From an uncultured virus (IMG/VR IMGVR_UViG_3300028734_000019) (lineage: Duplodnaviria; Heunggongvirae; Uroviricota; Caudoviricetes), in the IMG/VR virus record IMGVR_UViG_3300028734_000019, positions 1 to 64,000 of that record: a stretch of DNA of 64,000 nt. One strand, written 5' to 3'. Both the position numbers and the translations under genes were made by a program. The notes below the pieces were generated by a model. It was not told the DNA's origin. It worked only from the letters and a program-made list of their open reading frames with translations, and searched no databases. This document shows positions 10,053 through 18,596 of this stretch, one piece after another; position 1 is the stretch's first letter; the number at the start of each line of letters is the position of its first letter.

Positions 10053-10714
10053 TGCTAAGAGATTATCAAAAATGCGCATTCAATAAAATTATTGAATATG
10101 ATAAATCTATAATAATATGGCCAAGACAAACAGGAAAGAGTTTATTAATAAATAAAATTATAGAAAATTTTGTTTTAAATAATAATAATAAGATAATGTT
10201 ATTTATTACTGATTTGAAAAGTTATTTTAGTAATTCGATATCAAGAATACAAACAGATATAGATAATGTTGTTGTTAGATATAAAAAAAATGATATTAAT
10301 TTTATAAATAATAACAAATTAATATTTTTATCAATAAAAGATGATATACCAACAATATTATTAAAATATAAACCAGAATTGATAGTATATGATGGTTATA
10401 TGGGTGTGTATAAGGATGTTAATAAATTTTTAGAATTTAATTCATATTATAGTATTATAAAGTGTAAATTAGTTTTTACTTTTTTTTATAATATAGATTT
10501 AATCAAGACTGCAGATTGTAATAATGATTTTTATATAAATATATTTCCATATGATAAAAATACTAAATCTATATTTGATTCAATCGACTCCAATCTAAAT
10601 TCTGATGTATTAAAAGACTTGAGTTATAAATCTTGTTATTTATTGGATTATTATGATGAATCATATATTAGAAAACAGAAAATACAAGCATTAAATAGTT
10701 TAAATTCTATTTAA
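10052..10714 (+). CDS. Degenerate terminase/SF2-ATPase-like N-terminal fragment with RxxKIxxL tail
   Basis: MLRDYQK Q-motif and WPRQTGKS Walker A; only 220 aa; ends IRKQKIQALNSL. Confidence 0.5.
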   Translation: MLRDYQKCAFNKIIEYDKSIIIWPRQTGKSLLINKIIENFVLNNNNKIMLFITDLKSYFSNSISRIQTDIDNVVVRYKKNDINFINNNKLIFLSIKDDIPTILLKYKPELIVYDGYMGVYKDVNKFLEFNSYYSIIKCKLVFTFFYNIDLIKTADCNNDFYINIFPYDKNTKSIFDSIDSNLNSDVLKDLSYKSCYLLDYYDESYIRKQKIQALNSLNSI

Positions 10715-11074
10715 TACTTGTATTTTTTTATTCCTGATTATTGAATTGCTTTTTTTGCTCCATTCATTCATATCAAAATATTCTTTACCATAAATACACC
10801 AGTTATTATAATACCAACCAGTAGAAGGTTTTCTAGATATACATGATGAACCGTAAATATTATGCTCTTTTCTATTGCGATAATATGCAATTATTATATC
10901 AAGATTATTGTGTTTATTATTTATTATAAATTTAATATCTTTATATTTTTTGTATTTTTTAGGAATTTTATACCAAAAATTGTGTTCAATGATATTTTCC
11001 CAATTAGAACAACCATCTTCTTCTATTACTAAATAATTTATTCGGTTTTCTACTATTTTATAAATTTTCTTCAT
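10700..11074 (-). CDS. Hypothetical protein with RxxKIxxL C-terminal tag
   Basis: Ends IRNKKIQVLNRI. Confidence 0.55.
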   Translation of the reverse strand: MKKIYKIVENRINYLVIEEDGCSNWENIIEHNFWYKIPKKYKKYKDIKFIINNKHNNLDIIIAYYRNRKEHNIYGSSCISRKPSTGWYYNNWCIYGKEYFDMNEWSKKSNSIIRNKKIQVLNRI

Positions 11075-12800
11075 TTATTACTGAGAATGACATTTTTTTG
11101 TTTATTTTTAATATTCTATCAAAATAACTACTCATTGGAGAACTTTCAGTGAAATATACTTTTGGATCCAATATAATTATATTAAGATTAAATTCCTTAG
11201 TGAAATCTTTAAGAACTTTCAAAGCAAATTCAACATTTACTGGACCCATACTTGAAAATACTTCATCTAAAAATAAAATATTAAGTTTTCTAAATTTTAA
11301 TATTAATTTTAAATAAGATAGAGCTATACCAATATTTATTTTCTTTGATTCACCCATTGATAAACTTTCTGAATGTATCTCAGTAGTTAATCTTTCATAT
11401 ATTTTGACATTAAAATTTTCATCTATTTTTACACTATATGTAGATTTCATGTCATCTAAAATTTCTTTTAAATAAACATTTATAGGTTTTACTATATTTT
11501 TAACAATACTTTTTCTAACTCCATTAGTAGAAAAAACTATTTTTAATTCTTCATACACCTGATTTTTTCCTTTTATTTCTAATATTTTTTCGTTATTTTT
11601 GATATTATTATTTTTAAGTTCTATAATGTTTTTTTCTAATTCTGAAATTGATACATGTTCAGTTATTTCTATTAAATCTGATATTTTTTTAGTTATTATT
11701 TTTAAGTCAGAAATCAAATTGTTATATACTAAACTTGTTATATTTTTCTTTTTGTATAATGAATCTCTATTGTTTGAAATCTGAGTCAATTTTAATGTCA
11801 ATTCATTTTTTTCTAAATTTAGTTTTTTGAATTTTTCTTTTTCAATTATAAATTTAGAATTAATTTTACTCAAGTCATGCTTATGATTTTCATCACTCAA
11901 ATTAGTACTACATAATGGACAAGTTCCAGATTCATATATCTCAAGTTTCTCCTCTATATTTTTTATTTCAAATTTTATTTCAATGATATTATTAGATATT
12001 ATATTTCTTTGATTCTCAAAATCCTGCCTTTCTATCTCTAATTTTTTAAATTTTTCTGCATATGATAGCATTTCTTTTTTAGAATTTATATATGGTTCTC
12101 TTTTAGAATTTTTTTCTATCTCTAATTTTTCTTTTTCTTTCTCCTTATCTAATATTCCACTTTTTTTTATATTTTCAATATTTTTACTCAGTGTTATAAT
12201 CGTTTGATTATTAGTTTCTATTATAGATGATAATTTTAATTCTTCTTCTTTGTTTTGCCTAATTAATCCGTTACTTAACGATAGATATTCATCTAAGTCT
12301 TGTAAATTGAATAATCTATTTATTATACTTCTTTTTTCCTCAGGATTTAAGTCTATGAAATTTGCAAAATCAGATACTGACATAGATATAAAACTCTTGT
12401 ATGTATCATAATCAAATCCTATTAATTTATCTCTATCTTCTTTTTTTAAATTTTTAAATTTCCTTGTTTCATCTACGTCATTAATAAAAACTTTTGCATG
12501 ATTTGGCTCCAAACATCTCTGAATTCTGATGTTATCAGACATATTATTGACAAAATGTATTTCAGTTTCTAAATTCTTATTAATTCTATTGGATAATATT
12601 GCTTGTGGAACTCTTTTTCCGCTTTTTCCTCTTACAATACCAAATAGCGAAAAATCAAATGATTGTTGAAAAGATGACTTACCACCACCGTTATCTGCTG
12701 TTAATAATATTAAATCAGATGAATTATCTTCAAATTTTACTGATTGTGTGTTGTTTCCAAATGATTTGAAATTTCTAAGAGATATGGATTTAATTATCAT
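11058..12800 (-). CDS. T4 gp46 / SbcC / Rad50-like recombination ATPase
   Basis: Walker A NGGGKS, long coiled coil with CPLC zinc hook, signature LSMGE, Walker B LFLDE. Confidence 0.9.
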   Translation of the reverse strand: MIIKSISLRNFKSFGNNTQSVKFEDNSSDLILLTADNGGGKSSFQQSFDFSLFGIVRGKSGKRVPQAILSNRINKNLETEIHFVNNMSDNIRIQRCLEPNHAKVFINDVDETRKFKNLKKEDRDKLIGFDYDTYKSFISMSVSDFANFIDLNPEEKRSIINRLFNLQDLDEYLSLSNGLIRQNKEEELKLSSIIETNNQTIITLSKNIENIKKSGILDKEKEKEKLEIEKNSKREPYINSKKEMLSYAEKFKKLEIERQDFENQRNIISNNIIEIKFEIKNIEEKLEIYESGTCPLCSTNLSDENHKHDLSKINSKFIIEKEKFKKLNLEKNELTLKLTQISNNRDSLYKKKNITSLVYNNLISDLKIITKKISDLIEITEHVSISELEKNIIELKNNNIKNNEKILEIKGKNQVYEELKIVFSTNGVRKSIVKNIVKPINVYLKEILDDMKSTYSVKIDENFNVKIYERLTTEIHSESLSMGESKKINIGIALSYLKLILKFRKLNILFLDEVFSSMGPVNVEFALKVLKDFTKEFNLNIIILDPKVYFTESSPMSSYFDRILKINKKMSFSVINEENL

Positions 12801-12926
12801 ATATAATTATATAATACTATAATAAAAAAGTTTTCTATAAAAAATGTTAATATTATTAATAATATTATTAATAATATTAATTTGAACAATAAAATATTTA
12901 TATATAAACTAAAAACAACTAAAAAC

Positions 12927-13604
12927 ATGAAAACAATAAAAACTTATTCAATTGATGAAACGTTGTATAATGCTTTTGATACATTAGCGACAGAGAAAAA
13001 TATTAATAAAAGTTCTTTTTTTGAAGATGCTATTAAAAAATATTTAAAAGAAAATAATTTAGAAATAGTCGGAGAAGATTATAGATTAAAAACAAATGAT
13101 GCATATATTGTAACAATTCTATCTCAAAATGATAAAATGTGTAATTTGAGTAATGGAGATAAAATTCAAAGAGGACTATTTTATGATTTGTTTATGCCAG
13201 TTGATGGTGTTGATCCAGATGAATTTTTTGGTCGTAGTAATAAAGTATTAGAAGAAGTATTTAGTAAAGTTAAAACATTAAATCCAGATGAAGTAGGAGA
13301 TATTAATTGTGTTCCTACTAATGAACTTTATAGAAAAAGTTTGTTTAATTCGATTAATTCTGAAACTAAATCTGATAATTGTATAGTGTCTATAATTAAA
13401 GAAACTGCAGAAGATGTAAAGGAATTATTTAATATGAATCATAATTATCATACAAAAGAGTATTTTAAATATACAAAACGTGAAATATGTGAAATAATAA
13501 TTAAATTAAAGAAAATGAAATTTGATATGGATAATTCATCAGATAATTTGAGAAATTTGTTAGTAGATATTTATGTGATTTATAAAGACACTATTATAGA
13601 ATAA
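12927..13604 (+). CDS. Ribbon-helix-helix (CopG-like) N-terminal domain protein
   Basis: KTYSIDETLYNAFD ... INKSSFFEDAIKKYL RHH pattern. ATG at 12927 preferred as start. Confidence 0.55.
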   Translation: MKTIKTYSIDETLYNAFDTLATEKNINKSSFFEDAIKKYLKENNLEIVGEDYRLKTNDAYIVTILSQNDKMCNLSNGDKIQRGLFYDLFMPVDGVDPDEFFGRSNKVLEEVFSKVKTLNPDEVGDINCVPTNELYRKSLFNSINSETKSDNCIVSIIKETAEDVKELFNMNHNYHTKEYFKYTKREICEIIIKLKKMKFDMDNSSDNLRNLLVDIYVIYKDTIIE

Positions 13605-13605
13605 A

Positions 13606-13636
13606 TAAAAAGAGATTCATTTGAATCTCTTTTTAT
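13606..13636. terminator. Bidirectional intrinsic terminator
   Basis: AAAAAGAGATTCATTTGAATCTCTTTTT inverted repeat between convergent genes. Confidence 0.75.
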
Positions 13637-14404
13637 TTATTTCAATTTCTCAAATCTCCATTTAAAGTAATAATAGTCATTGTTTTCTATATGATAAGTA
13701 TCTTCATTTACTTTCATTATAATATATGGCTTGTTATTACTATTGATATTATATCCTAAAATCTCAACTACTTTATTTTCATTTATTTCGTATAATTTAC
13801 CAATATTATTTTTTACTTTAGTTTCATTTTTCATATTTTTATAAAAACCTTGATCTGGAATGAACCATTTTTCCAATTTCTTATAAAAATAATTACTTAA
13901 TTTTAGTTTATACTCACTATCAAATCTATATAAGTATTCTGGATCAAAATATACTTCAGATTCAAGTGTTGGCCTTATTAATCCATTATAGTTTCTGAAC
14001 ACTCCAAAGTATTCTTCTTTATCAAATTCAAATGATATAAACACATCTAATTTTAAACTATTATTTTCATATATTCTTAAAATTTTGATATTATCGTATA
14101 ATTCGATATCTTCTAAAAAAGGATTACTATCTTTATAAATTAAATTATTTTGACCACGTAAGCTTTTTATTACTCTATCTAAATTCGATACTAATCCAGA
14201 TTGTCTTGCATAAAAATCAGTGTAAGGACTGTCTTGATAATTATAATATGAAGCACCTGGATCCATAGCAAATGCAAAGTCTCCTCCCCCTCCAGCTGTA
14301 CCCATTGGTTCGATTCCGAATTGAAATTGTTGAAATTCAGAATCTTCTGTTATAAGATTTGCTTCCTTTAAAAATGAATATCTACTATATTTTAATACTT
14401 TCAT
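13637..14404 (-). CDS. Hypothetical (likely virion) protein
   Basis: 255 aa, N-terminus MKVLKYSRYSFLKE, preceded by TATATA. Confidence 0.6.
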   Translation of the reverse strand: MKVLKYSRYSFLKEANLITEDSEFQQFQFGIEPMGTAGGGGDFAFAMDPGASYYNYQDSPYTDFYARQSGLVSNLDRVIKSLRGQNNLIYKDSNPFLEDIELYDNIKILRIYENNSLKLDVFISFEFDKEEYFGVFRNYNGLIRPTLESEVYFDPEYLYRFDSEYKLKLSNYFYKKLEKWFIPDQGFYKNMKNETKVKNNIGKLYEINENKVVEILGYNINSNNKPYIIMKVNEDTYHIENNDYYYFKWRFEKLK

Positions 14405-14493
14405 AATGTTATATATAAATTTTTAGATTTATTATTTTAATATATATTTAAAGGAATAATTAATATTAATATATAAAGATAAAAAGAATATTT

Positions 14494-14982
14494 ATGTCAG
14501 AAGAATTAGATAATAATCAAGAAAATAATAAAAATATCAATAATAATAAAAAATTTGATATTGTTGAAAAATATCAATTTAAAGATGATTCTGCTGAGCT
14601 AATAACTGATTCTCCTTCAGAATCATCAATTAAGAAGCATATTAATGATGAATTAATTCAAGATATTCCATCTAAATCACTTAATAAAAAAAGTGAAAAT
14701 AAAAAAAACGAAAAAATCTCAGAAGTGAAAAAAATAGAAAATATTGAATCATCAGTAGTAAAACCTGAAAAAAAATATACTATTATGAAATCTAATAAAG
14801 AATTATATGGATCTTTTATAAATGAATTAAAAAATTATTCATTAAGCATCAATGATGTTATTATTTATGATTCAAGTATAGATAAATCTAAAGATTGCCC
14901 TGTTAAATTTGAAAATGATTATTTTGTATTATTTGGTAAAAAATATTCATATAATGGTCTAAAAATTAAAAAATTAATATAA
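14494..14982 (+). CDS. Hypothetical protein
   Basis: 162 aa ORF after a TATATA motif. Confidence 0.6.
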   Translation: MSEELDNNQENNKNINNNKKFDIVEKYQFKDDSAELITDSPSESSIKKHINDELIQDIPSKSLNKKSENKKNEKISEVKKIENIESSVVKPEKKYTIMKSNKELYGSFINELKNYSLSINDVIIYDSSIDKSKDCPVKFENDYFVLFGKKYSYNGLKIKKLI

Positions 14983-14987
14983 AATAA

Positions 14988-16937
14988 ATGGAATTTAAAA
15001 ATATTCAAAGTCGTAAAGATTTTATTAAAATGAATGAAATATTTGGCGGTACTCAAGGTGGAGTTGGAGCTAGAGATGGATTTGCTAATAATGCTGATTT
15101 GAAAGATACATATTTAGGAAAATTGATGAATGGTTTATTCAAAGGTTTGAGTTGGCTATGGAGAAAGGGTAAAGAAAATTTCATAATTAATAGATTGATT
15201 GCAAAATTAATAAATGAATTGGTACGTGGAGTTATAATATATTGTTTTATTAAAAAAATTAATTTGCAATCAGGTAAAATTGAAGGAGGAGAAGAAAATA
15301 CTAATTCTGATTCATCTGAAAATAAAAATGATGTTAATTTTGAAGCAATTAAAAAAGATATTGGAGAAGATTTATTTAATAGGATGATGAATGGCACAGA
15401 AGGTGAAGATGTTGAAGAATTGATTAAAAAATCAGGAATAAAAACAGATAATGATAGACCTATAATAAAAAATATTAATGATGTAAAAGAAGTTGTAGAT
15501 AAAGAAGAATATGATAGAATGGAATCTGAGACATACGAATTTTTGAAAAAAAATATTCAATATTTTGATGAAATTAAGAAAAACGCAGATGAAGGTGACG
15601 AAGATGCTAAAAAGAAACTTGATATGATAAAAGCTATATATGTTAATTATGAGATAGTTAGAAAATTAAAAGAAAAAGAATCTAAAAGTAAAGGTGCATC
15701 AGAAGCAACATCTACAAATGAAGCATTAGCTCAACTTAAGACAGATTCAAGCGCAGGTAAAATAGGATTAGGATCAAATTCACCAACTATCAGACCAAAA
15801 TCAGGAGTCAAGAGTTGGGTTAGTGTTAAAAGTATAATAACTAAAAGAGATCAAGATAAATATAAAGAACGAGAAGAAGATTTTTCTCTTCCAATATCAG
15901 ATATAAATTTAGCAGAAATAGAAAAAACAATTAATAGAAAAACTGATGTTATGAAAGAAGTTGCATCAAATGTAAATTCAGAAAGCTTGAAAGTTATTCA
16001 ACTTACTGCAAAAGAATTATTTGTCCCAGAAAATCAAGGTCAAGATGTTGAAAAACAAAAATTGAAATTGAGATGGGATAAAGAATTATCAAAAGTATAT
16101 GCAAGTTTTTCTTTGCTTATGGACATACCAATTGTTGATATAAGAGAAGGTAACTATGGATCAACTGTAAATTTATCAGGATCTACATTAAAAGCAAATA
16201 AAGAAGTAAAAAAACTTGGAAGTGACACTGAATCATTAGAGATTGGTGATCAACTTGGTGATTCATTAAATCAATATGAAACTAAGATTGGTGGTTTGGA
16301 AGGAAATTGGCAATATTGTATATTTGATTATCAAGGAATAAATTATAATTCTACAATTGCACCAATTAGTTCAGCGCCATCAAATGGCTTCTATATGTTT
16401 ATGATCACTCAGACAATAAAGAAAATTGAAAATAATATAGTTACATCAAATTTTAAAGAATTTCAAAATATATTTTCATCTACTAATTTTGCAAATGTGA
16501 CTCTTAAAAAAGATGATGTCGTTAATGTATATTTTATGCTAAAGAAAGGTGCAAGCTTACCATCAGGTACAAGTGCAAATACTAATGGACAAAGTAATAG
16601 TTTTTTAGTTTTTAATAATTATATTAGCTCCGATAATAAGACAAATAAATTATTTTTGTGCGAGCCATCAGGTGAAAAATTCATAGCTGATTTAGATCTA
16701 AGTAATCCTAGTAATTCATTTGATGGTGTAATAGCTAGTAATTATCAAAAAGATAAAATAAATATTAAGAGCTGTCGTAAAATTGATAGAGTTAAGTTTT
16801 GGTGGAAAGCATTAAATTTAATATCAGATTCCAATGATAAAAAATTTAGTGCATTTAAAGATGAGGAAAGTAATCCTAATTTTTGGGATAATAAAGTAGT
16901 ATTAGATAATTTGAAAAAAATTGCATCTAAATTTTAA
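14988..16937 (+). CDS. Large hypothetical (likely virion) protein
   Basis: 649 aa; N-terminus ...KDFIKMNE. Confidence 0.65.
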   Translation: MEFKNIQSRKDFIKMNEIFGGTQGGVGARDGFANNADLKDTYLGKLMNGLFKGLSWLWRKGKENFIINRLIAKLINELVRGVIIYCFIKKINLQSGKIEGGEENTNSDSSENKNDVNFEAIKKDIGEDLFNRMMNGTEGEDVEELIKKSGIKTDNDRPIIKNINDVKEVVDKEEYDRMESETYEFLKKNIQYFDEIKKNADEGDEDAKKKLDMIKAIYVNYEIVRKLKEKESKSKGASEATSTNEALAQLKTDSSAGKIGLGSNSPTIRPKSGVKSWVSVKSIITKRDQDKYKEREEDFSLPISDINLAEIEKTINRKTDVMKEVASNVNSESLKVIQLTAKELFVPENQGQDVEKQKLKLRWDKELSKVYASFSLLMDIPIVDIREGNYGSTVNLSGSTLKANKEVKKLGSDTESLEIGDQLGDSLNQYETKIGGLEGNWQYCIFDYQGINYNSTIAPISSAPSNGFYMFMITQTIKKIENNIVTSNFKEFQNIFSSTNFANVTLKKDDVVNVYFMLKKGASLPSGTSANTNGQSNSFLVFNNYISSDNKTNKLFLCEPSGEKFIADLDLSNPSNSFDGVIASNYQKDKINIKSCRKIDRVKFWWKALNLISDSNDKKFSAFKDEESNPNFWDNKVVLDNLKKIASKF

Positions 16938-16957
16938 ATAAAAATATAAAACATAAA

Positions 16958-18154
16958 ATGAAAAAAACGTATTCAGATTTCATGTTAAATGAAGCAGAAA
17001 CATCAACAGTAATTGCTCCTAGTGTCACAAAAAAAGAAGATACATCTAATAATACAACTTCCACTAATACAATCAAACCAGATGAGTCAGGTGAAGAAAA
17101 AACAGATGAACAATCACCTGATGAAACAAAAAAAAATGATGATACACCAGATACTGTAAGTTCAAGTTTTGATAATATAAAAGGTGAGGAAATAATAAAA
17201 GAAATTCATGATTTTTGGACAAATAAAATAATAACAGAAAATGAATTAAATTTTTCTGGTAATACACTAAAGATTCTTTATGTGAAACAAAAAAATTCAA
17301 AATACACTAAATATAAAGAAAGAATCAATGAAGTTATTAATGATAAGACAGCAGATTGTCAAAAACGATTGGATGATTCTGAAGTAGGAGACTTGTTTTT
17401 CTATAATGAATACCCAGTTAAATTAGAAAAAAAAGGATTAGGAGGAAAACCTAGTATTATTTCATTTTTTGAAAGAAAAAATGACGAAAATTATAATTCA
17501 AAAATAAAAGAAATAATAAATAGTAAAGATTATGTTGATAGTTCAAAATTGAAGGCATTTGAAAAAGGATTACGATTGGATGAATTTGAATTATTAACTG
17601 ATATAGATGAAAATCAAACATATCTATATGATGAACAGCCAGTTGAATTCACATTTGAAAATCATGCTATAAAAACTATGGTTAACGCTGATACAAATCA
17701 ATCAATTAGTTTAGTAGATAAAAACAATGACCCTATATTTGATATTACTAAATTGAAAATATATAATGAATCTAATAAATCAAATAATACCACTACAACA
17801 ACTACAACAGATAGTCAAAAACTGACATTAGTTAAAAACCCAGGTACAGGAACATCAGGAGCAAGTACAGTTGCAACAGGAACATCAGGAACAAGTACAG
17901 TTGAGCCAGGAACATCAGGAACAAGTACAGTTGAGCCAGGAACATCAGGGACAAGTACAGTTGCACCAGGAACATCAGGAGTGAGTAAAGGTACATCAGG
18001 TACAAGTACAGTTGAAGCAGGAACATCAGGAGTGAGTAAAGGTACATCAGGAACAAGTACAGTAACAAATTCTGATAACCCCCATGTTATGTCTAGTAAA
18101 GAATTTAAAAATAGTGAAACTCTACGTAGAGCTAAAAATAAACATCAAAATTAA
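16958..18154 (+). CDS. Hypothetical virion-type protein with Gly/Thr/Ser repeats
   Basis: N-terminus MKKTYSDFMLNE (close to T4 CTS MKTYQEFIAE); C-terminal GTSGTSTV repeats. Confidence 0.65.
   Translation: MKKTYSDFMLNEAETSTVIAPSVTKKEDTSNNTTSTNTIKPDESGEEKTDEQSPDETKKNDDTPDTVSSSFDNIKGEEIIKEIHDFWTNKIITENELNFSGNTLKILYVKQKNSKYTKYKERINEVINDKTADCQKRLDDSEVGDLFFYNEYPVKLEKKGLGGKPSIISFFERKNDENYNSKIKEIINSKDYVDSSKLKAFEKGLRLDEFELLTDIDENQTYLYDEQPVEFTFENHAIKTMVNADTNQSISLVDKNNDPIFDITKLKIYNESNKSNNTTTTTTTDSQKLTLVKNPGTGTSGASTVATGTSGTSTVEPGTSGTSTVEPGTSGTSTVAPGTSGVSKGTSGTSTVEAGTSGVSKGTSGTSTVTNSDNPHVMSSKEFKNSETLRRAKNKHQN
17842..18064 (+). repeat. Imperfect ~30-bp coding repeats (GTSGTSTVxP / GTSGVSK)
   Basis: Repeated GGAACATCAGGAACAAGTACAGTTG units. 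Confidence 0.85.
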
Positions 18155-18155
18155 A

Positions 18156-18590
18156 ATGATACATATAAATAATTACGAAATTTTTTTAGAAAACGGAATG
18201 AATAATCCTAACACTACACAAGGTTATATAAATTCATTATCAAATAAAACAAAATTAAAACCAGTTCAAAATAACAATAATCATCAGACAAATAACAATA
18301 AACCAACAGATGGTGTGGATAATATTTTAATAGATACTGAACAACAAAAACAAACCATTTTAGCAAAGAAAGATGTTATTGAAAAAGGATTGTTACAAAA
18401 TATTCAAGATCTAGAGCCAGAAAATCAAAAAGAAGTAAAAACACAAGTTCAAGATTATAAAAATCAAGTACAAGAATTTGATAAAACAGTACAGCAAATA
18501 GATAAATTAAATCAAACACTTAAAAAATCTAATATTAACTCAGTTCCAAACCCTAATATGAAAAAAGTAAGAACCCAAAATAATCTTTAA
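18156..18590 (+). CDS. Gln/Asn-rich coiled-coil protein
   Basis: Start reassigned to ATG 18156 (MIHINNYEIFLE), right after the upstream stop. Confidence 0.55.
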   Translation: MIHINNYEIFLENGMNNPNTTQGYINSLSNKTKLKPVQNNNNHQTNNNKPTDGVDNILIDTEQQKQTILAKKDVIEKGLLQNIQDLEPENQKEVKTQVQDYKNQVQEFDKTVQQIDKLNQTLKKSNINSVPNPNMKKVRTQNNL

Positions 18591-18596
18591 TTATAA

